Part shown: in pieces, positions 1 through 13,700 of the stretch
Position numbering within the stretch: the stretch's first letter is position 1
Layout: every line of letters starts with the position of its first letter
DNA from: Eledone cirrhosa
Lineage: Eukaryota
Direction: 5' to 3'
Length of the DNA: 64,000 bases
NCBI GenBank assembly: GCA_964016885.1
Contig: OZ024741.1
Span: forward strand, 66,588,001-66,652,000
Translations under genes and position numbers: made by a program
The notes under the pieces: model-generated
What the model saw: the letters and a program-made list of their open reading frames with translations, nothing else
Databases searched by the model: none
Told to the model about the DNA's origin: nothing

Positions 1-375
1 TATTAAATATTAAGTAAGCCAGTTACTATTGATAGTCTTTTTTTAATTTCACATCAAACCTCGGGTTTATTTGAATTTCAGTATTCTTCTACTTGGATAG
101 TTTCTCCAGCTATTTCTAGATAATATATGGCTTTTATACTTTCATCTACTTTCTCATACAACAAGATTTGCCCTTCCTTACCCCTTCCCCATTTTCGTAT
201 TACTTAATTTTGCTTTTATCTTTCATTCTCATATTTATGTATCTTTTGAAAATAAAATTGTAATGCATTTAAACAAAATATTTTAGTTAGAAAGAATAGA
301 AATGTCTATCAAAGTGCCAATATTTGATAATTGTATTTGGAGAGTTGTTTTGTTCAGAGACATAGCCTTTAATTG

Positions 376-850
376 AGGGTGGACTGAAAAGTTCCTAGCC
401 TGACTATGAAGGAATAGTGTTAGAGCTGTGAAATCTTGCATAAATTAATTTCAACTCTTCTTATAAATAACTGCATTTAGGGCGGTGGATTGGCACTATC
501 GTTAGAGCGTCGGACAATATGCTTTATGGCATAGAGTTACGCCCCTTTACGAGCTGAGCTCAAATCCCGGCGAGGTTAGCTTTACCTTTCATCCTTACGG
601 GGTCGATAAAATAAAGCACCAGTAATGCATTAGGGTAGATTTAATCTACTTTCCCCTTCTCCAAAATTGCTGGCCTTGTGCCTAAAGTAGAAAAAATTAA
701 TAACTGCATTATTTCTTTTTAGGTAAACTGATATCTGACTATTCAAAGAAGAATTCAAAAGTAACTGGTAGCTACATCTCTTGAAAGTAGACAAAATTTG
801 GCAACTTGTACATGCAGAAAAATGGTTTAGCCCTCAAGGACATTCATGCT
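376..850 (+). mobile_element. Mariner/Tc1-like DNA transposon 5' relic, split by a SINE
   Basis: Starts with GAGGGTGGACTGAAAAGTTC, a mariner-type TIR. 787-850 reads with frameshifts like a mariner transposase N-terminus (DKIW...KNGLALKDIHA). No right TIR seen. Confidence 0.6.
478..698 (+). mobile_element. tRNA-derived SINE, octopus-type family A, full length with TSD
   Basis: A-box-like TGGCACTATCGTTAG, B-box-like GAGCTCAAATCC, and the shared body CTTTCATCCTTACGGGGTCGATAAAATAAAG. 12-bp TSD AATAACTGCATT at 466-477 and 699-710. Confidence 0.92.
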
Positions 851-917
851 TACATCTCCATTATTGTAACCTGTAGTATGTACACAGACATATATTAAGT
901 TAAAAACCCTTACTAAA

Positions 918-957
918 TGCATGTATCTACACGTAATTATACGTGTAGATACATGCA
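918..957. repeat. Perfect 18-bp-arm hairpin
   Basis: TGCATGTATCTACACGTA-atta-TACGTGTAGATACATGCA. Confidence 0.9.
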
Positions 958-1227
958 GGTCATCGGTCATTGTGTGAGTGAATATGTGTGTTTTGCCATA
1001 CATACACACACACATATATATATATATATATATCTATATATATCTATGTATGTATATGTATATATATATATACACATATATATATATACACAGAGATATC
1101 CACGGTAAGTTGTGGGGTCTAGTCTGCATGAAGAACTCAATGTAATCCATATGTTGAAAATGTTGTAGGTTAAAATAAATCCCGGAAAACAATAAAACAT
1201 TAAAAGAAAAACAGAGTCATGATATAA

Positions 1228-1438
1228 GTTAAAACAATGAAATAAAAAATCAAGTCATTAGAAATATACTTCACTGCTTTACGATCGTTTCTAGGTGATG
1301 ATAATACATCGTAACTATACTTCGATATCAATCTATGTAAGGTTAGTTACAAAATATCAGATAAAGAGAATATTTACTTACATGCATATCACCAGCTGTT
1401 GTCAAAAGCAATGACTTGATTTTTTATTTCATTGTTTT

Positions 1439-1441
<3 letters not shown>
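1228..1441 (-). mobile_element. Fold-back stub of probable Penelope-like 3' end, with half a hammerhead
   Basis: Perfect 32-bp inverted repeat at 1228-1259 and 1410-1441, next to (TA)n. The minus strand contains GAAAC-GATC-GTA (~1291-1280), preceded by a GGTGAT...ATCACC stem, but no CUGAnGA. Confidence 0.5.
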
Positions 1442-1478
<37 letters not shown>

Positions 1479-1551
1479 CATATATATGTATGTATACACC
1501 ACCCCCTCCACACACACATACATATATATATTTTTATATATAAATTCATAC

Positions 1552-1971
1552 CCATGTTTGTAGGTTTAGGTGTATACGCATGGACTGTTCTGCTTCCACA
1601 TATTTTTACATTTCCTTCAATGGCTTCCAATAGTAATTTTCTACTTCGCTATATAATTACTGGCTTTTAATGAAATTTATCTTCTCAATATTGATCCCCG
1701 GGGTACTAGTTACATAGTCGAGTATCTCAATAATCACAGGTATGTATATAAAAGTATTTCTCAAAGTGTAGTACTTGCAGATTTCTCATCAGTTTGATAT
1801 AGATGTTCGGCTCTTCTTTTACATTCAACATCAGCTTAACGTCTGCAGAATTGACTTCCATTACTGTACACTGCTCACACATTCCTTCTTTCAGAACGTC
1901 AGCTTCTGGAATTCTATCCATATGTATGTTTCCTTTGTATGTTTCTCCAAAATACAAATATCTTAGCAGGC
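1552..1971 (-). pseudogene. Possible degenerate host exon, CARD/death-fold-like
   Basis: Strong acceptor (tttgtttgttttttgcag|G at 1971) and possible donor ATGG|gtatga. Joining across two frameshifts gives IKLMRN..YYTLRNTFIYIPVIIEILDYVTSTPGINIEKINFIKSQ..RSRKLLLEAIEG, which resembles a CARD pattern by eye only. Confidence 0.3.
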
Positions 1972-2483
1972 CTGCAAAAAACAAACAAACAAAAAACATT
2001 AAAAAAAACCCAAAACAGAACTAAACAACAAAAACAATAAACAAACAAAATAAGACTCTACGCCCTCAAAAAAATAAGACACCCTCTCCTAAAAAAAAAA
2101 GAAGACAAATCAATGGCAAGCAAAGAAAAACATCATTATAAATGACATGCTAAATACTTCAAAGTTATCCTATACGATAGGCACTATATCATGTACTGTA
2201 CACAGCACACTGTGTACATTACAAGGCAATCACTTATCTATGAGACCCTGACTCCTGTTTGATTCGTAGAGATTCGGTCATAACATGAAGTAAATCTTGG
2301 GTATTTAAAGCACACACACACACACACATATATGTTGTAGTTTGCTTGAAGCATTGTATATAATATATATCGTTGAAAGAGATAGAAGGTTAAAAATGCA
2401 AAATGGACTGCAAGATGATGTAACGAAAAATAAAAATAATTTACCTGGTCATCTTTGTTTTTGTTGTTTTTGTTCTTTTATCT

Positions 2484-2523
2484 GTCCAATATTTCGGGAC
2501 CTAAAAGTCCCTTCTTCAGGGTT
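2484..2523 (-). ncRNA. Minimal type I hammerhead ribozyme motif in the inverted pLTR
   Basis: Minus strand reads CC-CTGAAGA-A-GGGAC-ttttag-GTCCC-GAAA-TATT-GG. Perfect 5-bp stem II, palindromic AATATT stem III. Confidence 0.7.
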
Positions 2524-4802
2524 TAAGAAACTACAACAACAGAGACAGCCAAGAAATTGCCACCACTGAGGTCACTGACACTTTAAACAATACCACAACT
2601 CTCGTCACAGACTTGACAGGATCGCTATCACCCGAAGAACTAAAACTCCTCAGACTTGGCCCAGCATTTATATTAACTCAGCGGCTAGACGACAGGATGA
2701 AACTAAATCTTGAAGCCAGCTTTTACCGAGCCACCTACCAACTCAAATGGCTCTCAGTAATAAACAACGCCCCTGAGAAATTAACTACTACTACGATGAA
2801 CAACACTAAATTTCCAATATACCACTTAGACCACCCACTCTCTGCACCGCCTATCAACCGAGAGCTTGACCTCAAACTCTTAGACTTAAGCATTCTATTT
2901 TTAGTGTATTACTGAAACATAAGAATGTACTCCCTAATCTCTCCAGGAAAGAACACTTCATTCTAAACAACATGCTAGAGAAGGACCACGTATACCTCCC
3001 TTCTGACAAAGGGAAATAATTCTGCGTCACCTCGAGAGACACATACAACAGCCTGGCATATGAGCACCTCAGCAACGGTGAACTATATACAGAAGTGACA
3101 GACATAACTGCATCCCAGATTGAAGATCACATCAACATCACCTGGACGGATATCTGCAGACGTAGACAACTCCCCAACAAATATAAAAACAACCTCACCA
3201 CCAGAAATAGCAGACTACTAACGTTCTACCACCTCATTAATACCCACAAAACCAGTGTTAATCTACAGATTAGACCAATTGTCTCGAGTATAGAAGGACC
3301 CCTCTATAAAATCTCCTGGTTCCTCTCCCAGATCCTCAAGCCTATGCTTGCTACTTTTCCTGGATATGTCAGCAGCTCCGACGAAGTCATACAAAGACTA
3401 CATCAACTACAACCTAACCAGCTTAAACTCAACAGATATGCCCTCTACAGGACAGTACCCGCTCATCCAGTGGTCAATCTAGTGACTTACTGCATCATTT
3501 CATACAACATATACTGCTTCGACCTCACTCTAGAAGACATACATTAGCTTCTATCTATCATCGTAGAAAATACATATTTCCCTTTCTACCACCACACATA
3601 CAAACAAACAACAGGCCTACCCATGGGGTCCGGTCTTTCAGGCCTTCTAGCCATTACTTATATGAACCAACTGGAACATCGAGCGCTCAACACCTGCCGC
3701 TCCTGTGTTTTCTTCGCCCGATACATAGATGATATACTCATCCTCACATCATCCAGTGAAGAGGCAGACATAATATCTACGGCATTTTCAAATACAAATA
3801 ACAAGATACGATTTACCACAGAACACCCCGATAAAAATGGTTCCTTGTCTCTGCTGGACTTCCTACTTAGAGTAACAGAAGAAGGTGATATATACACCAA
3901 CTTCTATAGGAAAGCTGCCAGCAGAGACCTGTTTGTGCATTATAGATCAGCCCTTTCCCTTGGTGCTAAAACTGGATACACAAGGTATGTACGCGTATCC
4001 GGAATAAATGTAGCAAGGCAGAGGACCAGATCACTCACACTGCACACTTCTCATATGTACTGAAGACGAATGGATACCCAATATCCTCAATGAATCGACT
4101 AAAAAATCAAAGTCGCCGCAGGCTTAAGACCTTCTCTAACGCCTGCTTCTTGAAATTACCAGGTTTCAGCGAAAGCATTACCACAGCTATCTTCAGAGCT
4201 ACACGCAAAGAAGGACTGGACATACAATTAGCACACTCCGGCCCTTCACTGCGTGGATACCTGTCTAAAAAGCAATCCAAAGACAACAAAAATCAATGCT
4301 CGCTGATTAACTGCCCTATCCGCGATACAGGTATGTGCCACTAATACGGACACATGTGGTATACCAGATCGAATGCAGCAAATGTATGGAGTTCTACATT
4401 GGTAGCACGACTCGAACACTCAACACTCGCATTAAAAAACATTTCAACACATACGCATCCTCATTAAAAAAACACATTGACAAATGTAGACACATCAACC
4501 AACATATTACTGTCATTATTAAAGCCAATGATAGAAATATGGGCAACTTAAGAATTGAGGAAGCCTTGCTCATATGTAGACTCAACTCGCAAATAAATAA
4601 TAGATTAGAACTCAGCACACAGTATTTGACATAAAAGACCCACCCACAAGCACGCAAACTAAACATCTCATACGAAAAATAAAATTGATTTCGCGAAATA
4701 CTATATTGGCAATTGACATCATTTACGTGGGAAGCAAAATAACCATAACAAATTTAATCTCTAAGAGTGGAAATTGGAACATTATCCACTGAAAGTTCCT
4801 TA

Positions 4803-4842
4803 AACCCCGAAGAAGGGACTTTTAGGGCCCGAAATATTGTAC
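4803..4842 (+). ncRNA. Degenerate minimal hammerhead motif in the 3' pLTR
   Basis: CCGAAGA-A-GGGAC-ttttag-GGCCC-GAAA-TATT. One core and one stem II substitution relative to the copy at 2484-2523. Confidence 0.6.
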
Positions 4843-4990
4843 AGATAAAAGCCCCCCCCAAACCCCCCCCCCCCCCAAAACAAAACAAAAACAAAATACA
4901 AAGATTACCACGTAACTTACTTTTACTTTTCGTTACCTCATCTTGCAGTCCATATTGCATTGTTTAACCTTCTATCTCTTTCAACATTAT

Positions 4991-5031
<41 letters not shown>

Positions 5032-5074
5032 CAAACACACACACACATATATAAATACACACACACACACATAC

Positions 5075-5790
5075 ATAGGTTTACACAGGAACTTCCTGTG
5101 TAAACTTATAAAATTAAGCAACCTGACGGTTTACCAACAGCTTAATAACGGTTAATACAAACCCTAGAAAAGATAATTTGCAGATAAAAAATGCATAAGA
5201 TAACATACCTACAATAACAACATGGCCAGTAATTCGGAGGAATTTACATTTAACAAACACCTATTGACTATAAACGACTTAAAATAATCCCATGGTTAAT
5301 AGCTGTGAGTAACAAACAACACATGCACATAAATAAGAACTACAACACAAAAATACTTAAATGAAAATCACATACCCAACTCTATCACGTGCTTTACATT
5401 ACACCTTACATAAAAAAACCTACATTATCACCACATGCTCTCTAACAAATTGCACACTATCTTAAACATTTATAACAAATACAACATGCTCTAACACCCC
5501 ACACAAAATATGTTTATTTCAGCTGCATTACAACTCTTTCCTCATACATGCCTTATTGACTGTATTGACTCCTGCATTGTACACCAATCGTCCTCGCTTA
5601 TTAGTGTTATTTCACCAAAGTGAGCATTTAATGTGTAGTCTCCAGTATTTACTTTGGGGTTGTACACTAACAGAAGTCTGATGAGCTTTTGATGCCAGAG
5701 TCAGGCCTGGTCGATAGAGAACCAACCTTGAGTTGATTAATCGTGAAACGCGCTTCACATCTTAACGTTTAAACGTAATGAAATTTGACA
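5075..5790 (+). mobile_element. Second Penelope-like 3' fragment with 5' fold-back and hammerhead
   Basis: Begins right after (CA/TA)n with a 17-bp hairpin (5075-5091 / 5093-5109). A/C-rich body; hammerhead-like motif near the end. Confidence 0.5.
5673..5761 (+). ncRNA. Hammerhead-like motif with extended stem II
   Basis: GT-CTGATGA-GC...(60 nt)...GT-GAAACGCGCTTC-AC. Core boxes at 5678 and 5745. Confidence 0.5.
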
Positions 5791-5802
5791 CCTCATCCAT
5801 GC

Positions 5803-5990
5803 TTGGCAGTATCGGTAGAGGGTTGGACGCCATACTTTGCAGCATAGAGATACGGCCCTTTATGATCTGAGTTCAAATACCGTCGAAGTTAACTTTGCCT
5901 TTCATCCTTACGGGGTCGATAAAATAAAGTACCAGTAATACACTGGGTAATTGCTGGCCTTGTGCCTAACGTAGAAACAATTATTATTAT
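5803..5990 (+). mobile_element. SINE family A
   Basis: TGGCAGTATCGGTAGAG...GAGTTCAAAT...CTTTCATCCTTACGGGGTCG, ending in an (ATT)n tail. Confidence 0.9.
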
Positions 5991-5991
5991 A

Positions 5992-6023
<32 letters not shown>

Positions 6024-6579
6024 GAAGAGCAGGATAGAGAGAAGGAGAGAGAGGGAGAGAGAGAGAGCGAAGGATATGTATATATATAGAGAGAGGTTTA
6101 GTTAGAGAGAGAGAGAGAGAGAGAGAACTAATACTTTATTTAACGATTTAGGAATGTATGAAAGACAAAGTTGACCTCCCCCACAATTTGAACTCAGCGT
6201 AGTTCACAGAGCGTTGAGAACTGAATCGAATGCCACGACTCATTCTATTAGACGTTCATACCCCCCCTGACACGACTATCAATGATATCTGGAAATAACA
6301 ATACGAACAAATTATAACATGTTATTCAATTTGCAATTTAAAAAAAATTTATAATTCTAAAACAAGAACAAAAAGAAACTAAAACAAAACCAATTTTAAC
6401 AATGAACTAACAACACCAAAGAAAATAAAGGTATGTGTTACTACAAAACAGACGTGATATACATCACAACCAGCTGGTGTGTGTATATATATATATATAT
6501 ATTATATAATACATACATATATATTTATATATATATGTATGTATATATGTATGCATATATATACATGTGTATATAAATG

Positions 6580-6618
<39 letters not shown>

Positions 6619-6879
6619 ATATATGTATGTATATGTAAATGATGTATCTGTATAAATACATACATATATATTCATATATATGTATGTATAGACATATATG
6701 TGAATGCATATATATATGTATATAAATATATATATATGTATATATATATATGTGTGTGTGTATATACACATCAGACAATCTACGCCATGTCACCTGCTAT
6801 AGAATCTATTACTGGTGCATTAACATTATTCTCTTTCGGTTCAGCATATATCTATAGATTCTTTAGCTAATGGACGTTG

Positions 6880-7065
6880 CATAGCCGAATGTTTAAGGTG
6901 TTCACTTACAACCATTAGGTCCTGGGTTCGATTCCACTGCGTGGCATCGTTGTCATATGCTATTTACTATAGCCTCGAGTCGATGTATGCCTTCTGAGTG
7001 AAATTTGCTACACTGAAACTGTTTGAAAGCCCGTCGAATGGATTGTACCTGTATTTCGAAGTGAC
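6880..7065 (+). mobile_element. tRNA-derived SINE, second family (B)
   Basis: TAGCCGAATGTTTAAGG A-box and GGTTCGATTCC B-box. Body is related to 41630-41830. Confidence 0.65.
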
Positions 7066-7109
7066 AGCCTAACCACACACATCCATGCGCCTTCACACAT
7101 CATGTAACA

Positions 7110-7587
7110 CAGAGCTTCTCAAAGAGGGCGGTACCCCCCCGCCCCCGGGTGACGTTGAGAAGGTTCATGTGGAGCTGGAGGGGGGGGGGGGGCAGATATG
7201 ATATAATAGTATATTAAATATCAAATGATACATATATAGTAAAATAAAAAATAAATAATATTTATTTATAGGTAGTATATATTATTTATGAGGATTGGCA
7301 GTATCGGTAGAGAGTCAGACACCATGCTTTGAAGCATAGAGTTACGTCCCTTTACGGTCTGAGTTCAAATCCCGCCGAGGTTCATTTTGCCTTTCATCCT
7401 TACGGGGTCGATAAAATAAAGTACCAGTAATACACTGAACAATTGCTGGCCTTGTGCCAAAAGTATAAACAATTATTTACAATTTGTGTGTAGGCAGGTC
7501 TCTCTGGAAATAGGGTGGGGGAGACTGAGGGTATTCAAGGCCGTGAGTGAAGTGGGGGCAGTGGGCCCGAATGTTTTAGAACCTCTG
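7110..7587. mobile_element. Non-autonomous hAT (Charlie-like) element with nested SINE
   Basis: TIRs CAGAGCTTCTCAAA and TTTAGAACCTCTG. 8-bp TSD ATGTAACA / ATTTAACA (7102-7109, 7588-7595). Confidence 0.75.
7292..7476 (+). mobile_element. SINE family A
   Basis: Near-identical to the other family A copies. Confidence 0.9.
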
Positions 7588-7719
7588 ATTTAACACAGTA
7601 CACTACATGCTATATTTAATGCATTGAAGTCAACTCATACTATACAAATCCCCCTCTCAGCACTATATCATGTAACACCAGACAACTGTGTTGACAGTCA
7701 TTCGGACATGTCTGTCAGC

Positions 7720-10700
7720 ATATATCACATACAACATATACCATACTCCCACACATCACAACATATACCATAACCCACACCACACAACATATATCATACA
7801 CCACACCACACAACATTACCATACACCACACCACATATACCATACACCACACAAAATATACCATACACCACGCAACATATACCATACACCACACCACACA
7901 ACACATACCATACACCACACAAAATATACCATACACCACACAACATATACCATACATCACACCACACAACATATACCATAAACCACACAACATATTCCAT
8001 ACACCATACCACACAACATACATCACACCACACTACATACACCATACACCACACAACATATACCAAACACCCACAACACAACACACCAAGCATATACCAA
8101 ACACCCACATCAAACAACTTATATCACATACTACAGTACATAAAATTGACATCGTAGTGTATAAACAACGCACTGCGCCATACACATCATACTCCACACC
8201 CCACACTACATACTTCACACTACACATCTCACACCACACACCACACACGACATACTTCACATCATACTCTACATACTTCACACTACACACCACACACCAC
8301 GCACAACATACTTCACACTACACACTTCACACTACACACCACACACTACATACTTCACACCACACACTACACACTACACTACACACCACATACTTCAGAC
8401 TACAGACCACACACTACACACCACACACAACACATTACACACAACATACCTCACACTACACACTAGACATCACACACTACATACTTCACACTACACACCA
8501 CAAACTACACACTACACACTTCACACTACACACTACATACCACACACTACATACTCCACACTACACACCTCACACTACACACTACACACCAAACACAACA
8601 CACTACATACTACACACCTCACACTACACACTACACACTACACACAACACACCACACACCGTACACCACACACTACACACCACACACTAAACACTACACA
8701 CTACACACTACAGAGCCCACACCACACATAACACACCCCACACCACAAACTACACACCACACACTAAACACCACAACACACACTACACTCCACACACCAC
8801 ACACTACAGACCACACACTACACACTAAATACCTCACACAACGCATTACACACTACACACCACATACTACACGCTAGACACTACACACCACACACTACAC
8901 CCTACACCCCCCACACTACACACTACACACCACAAACTACACACTACACATCACACACTACACACTACACACCACACACCACACACTACACACCACACAC
9001 TACACACAACACACTACACACCTCACATCACGCACCTCACACTACCCGCAATAAACTACACACTACACACTACACATTACACACTATACACACATACTAC
9101 ACACCACACACTACACACCATACGCTAGACACCACACACCACACATTACACACCATACACCACACATTACACACCACACACCACATACTAAACACCACGC
9201 TCTACACACTACACAATAGACATTACACACTACACACTACACACTACACGCCACACACTACACACTAGACATTAGACACCAAACACCACATATAATAGAC
9301 TACACACTACACAACAAACACTACACACCACACACCACATACTACACACCACATAATACACACCACACACTACACACCACACACTACACACCACACACTA
9401 CACACTACACACCGCACACTACATACTTCACACTACACATTACACACTACACACCACACACTCCTCAAAACACACCACACACTACACATTAGACATTACA
9501 CATTACACACCACACACTACACACCACACATGAAACACTACACACTACAAGTTACGCACCACACACTACACACTACACAACACACACCACACCACACACT
9601 ACACAACACACACCACACCACAAACTACAACAACACACCACACATCACAACACACACTACACACCACATACCACACACTACACACTACACACTACACACC
9701 ACACACTACACACCACACCACATACTACACACTACATACACACACTACACACCACACATCATACACTTCATCAACACACACTACACACCACACACCACAC
9801 ACTACACAACTCACACCACACATACTACACACTACACACTACACACTACACACCACACACCAACAGCACACATCACACACTACACACCACACACTACACA
9901 CCACACCACATACTACACACTACATACACACACACACCACACACTACACACCACACATCATACACTTCATCAATACATAATAAACACTACAGACCACACA
10001 CTACACACTACACACCTCACATACTACACACTACACACAACAGACCACACACTACATACCACACAGCACACACTAAACACCACACACCACACACTACACT
10101 CCACATACCACACACTACATACTACACACCACACATAATACACTATACACCACACACTACACACCAAACACCACACACCGCAGACTACACACCACACACC
10201 ACACACTACACACCTCACATCACACACCACACACCACACACTACACACCACACACTACACACTAGAAATCACACACCACACATCATTCACCATACACTAC
10301 ACACCACACACCACACACAATAAACCACACACTACCCACTACACACCACACACTACACATTACACACCACACACTACACACCACGCACTACACACTACAC
10401 ACTAGACATTACACATTACACACCACACACTACACACCACACAACACACATGACACACTACACACTACACGCCACACACTACACACAACACACGACACAT
10501 CACACCACACACTACACACCACACACCACATACCACACACTACACACTACACACAACACACCACACACTACACACTAAACACCACACACCATACACTACA
10601 CGCTACGCACCACACACTAAATACTACACACTAAACACCACACACCTCACAGCACACACACCACACTACACACTAAACACTACACACTACACTCTACACA

Positions 10701-13700
10701 CTACATACTACACACCACACACTACATACTTCACACCACACATAAAACGCTAGACACCACACACTACACACTACACACCAAACACCACACCACACACTAC
10801 ACACCACACACTACACACAACACACTACACACCTCACATCACACACTACACACTACACACCTCACACTACACACCTCACATAACGCACCTAACACTACCC
10901 GCAATAAACTACACACTACACACTACACATTACACACTATAAACATTACACTAGATACTACACACACATACTACACACCACACACTACACACCATACGCT
11001 ATACACCACACACCACACATTACACACCATACACCACACATTACACACCACACACCAAACACCACGCTCTACATACTACACAATAGACATTACACACTAC
11101 ACACTACACACTACACGCCACACACTACACACTAGACATTAGACACCAAACACCACACATAATAGACTACACACTACACACCACACACTACACACCACAC
11201 ACCACATACTACACACCACATAATACACACCACACACTACACACTACATACCACACACCACACACTACACACTACATACCACACACCGCACACTACATAC
11301 TTCACACTACACACCACATACTACACACCACACACTCCTCAAAACACACCACACACTACACATTAGACATTACACATTACACACCACACACTACACACCA
11401 CACATGACACACTACACACTACAAGTTACGCACCACACACTACACACTACACAACACACACCACACCACACACTACACACAACACATCACACCACCCACC
11501 ACACACTACACACTACACACCACACACTACACACCACACACTACATACACACACCACATACTACACACTACATACACACACCACACACTACACACCACAA
11601 ATCATACACTTCATCAACACACACTACACACTACACACTACACACCACACACTACACACTACACACTACACACCTCAAACCACACATACTACACACTACA
11701 CACTACACACCACACACCAACACCACACATCACACACTACACACCACACACTATAGACCACACACTACACTCCACACACCACACACTACACACTACACAC
11801 ATCTCGCACCACACATTACACACCACACACCTCACAGCACACACACCACACTACACACTAAACACTACACACTACATACTACACACCACACACCACACAC
11901 TACATACTTCACACCACACATCACACGCTAGACACTACACACCACACACCACACACCACACACTACACACTACACAACACACACCACACACTACACACCA
12001 CACACTACACACAACACACTACTCACCTCACATCACACACTACACACTACACACCACACACCTCACACTATACACCTCAAACTACACACCTCACATCATG
12101 CACCTCACACTACCCGCAATAACCTACACACTACACATGACACACTATACACCTTACACTACACACTACACACACATACTACACACCACACACTACACAC
12201 CATATGCTATACACCACACACCACACATTACACACCATACACCACACATTACACACCACATACCACATACTAAACACCACGCTCTACACACTACACAATA
12301 GACATTACACACTACACACTACGCACCACACACTACACACTAGACATTACACGCTAGACACCAAACACCACACATAATAGACTACACACTAAACACCACA
12401 CACTACACACCACACACCACACACAACATACTACACACCACATAATACACACCACACACTTCACGCTACATACCACACACTACACACCACACACCGCACA
12501 CTACATACTTCACACTACACACCACACACTACAAATCACACACTCCTCACTACACACTACACATTAGACATTACACATTACACACCACACACTACACACC
12601 ACACATGACACACTACACACTACAAGTTACGCACCACACACTACACACTACACAACACACACCACACCACACACTACACACAACACACCACACCACACAT
12701 TACACACCACACACCACCCACCACACACTACACACCACACCACATACTACAAACTACATACACACACCACACACTACACACCACACATCATACACTTCAT
12801 CAACACACACTACACACTACACACCACACACCACACACTACACACAACACACCTCACACCACACATACTACACACTACACAATACACACCACACACCAAC
12901 ACCACACATCACACACTACACACCACACATTATACACCACACACTATATTCCACACACCACACACTACACACCACACACCACACACCACACAGTACATAC
13001 TACACACCACACACTAAACACCACACACTACACTCCATGCACTACACACTACATACTACACACCACACATAATACACTATACACCACACACCATACACTA
13101 CACACCACACACCACGCACTACACACATCACATCACACACCACACACCACGCACCACACACTACACACAACACACCGCACCCAATGCACTACACACCTCA
13201 CACCAAACACTAGAAATCACACACCACAAATCATTCACCATTCACTACAGACCACACACCACACACAATACACCACACACTACCCACTACACACCACACA
13301 CTACACATTACACACCACACACTACACAGCACACACTACACATTACACACCACGCACTACACACTACACACTAGACATTACACATTACACACCACACACT
13401 ACACACCACACAACACACATGACACACTACACACTACACGCTACGCACCACACACTACACACAACACACGACACATCACATCACACACTACACATCACAC
13501 ACCACACACTAGACACCTCACACCACACACCACACACCATTCACCATACACTACACACCACACACCATACCCAATACACCACCCACCGCACACTACACAC
13601 TACCCACTACACTCCACACACCACACATTACACACCACACACCACACACTACACACCAGACACTACACACTACACACTATATACCACACACCACACACTA

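Larger units (their letters stand above)
2372..4985 (+). mobile_element. Penelope-like retroelement (RT + GIY-YIG), pseudogenised, with inverted pseudo-LTR
   Basis: ORF pieces 2613-4634 carry PLE motifs: LSPEELKLLRLGPAF, LPSDKG, FYHLINTHK..IRPIVS, GLPMGSGLSGLLA, RYIDDI, FTTEHP..LSLLDF, and VVYQIECSKCMEFYIGSTTRTLNTRIKKH. Several stops and frameshifts. 2372-2532 is an inverted copy of 4794-4985. Confidence 0.93.
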
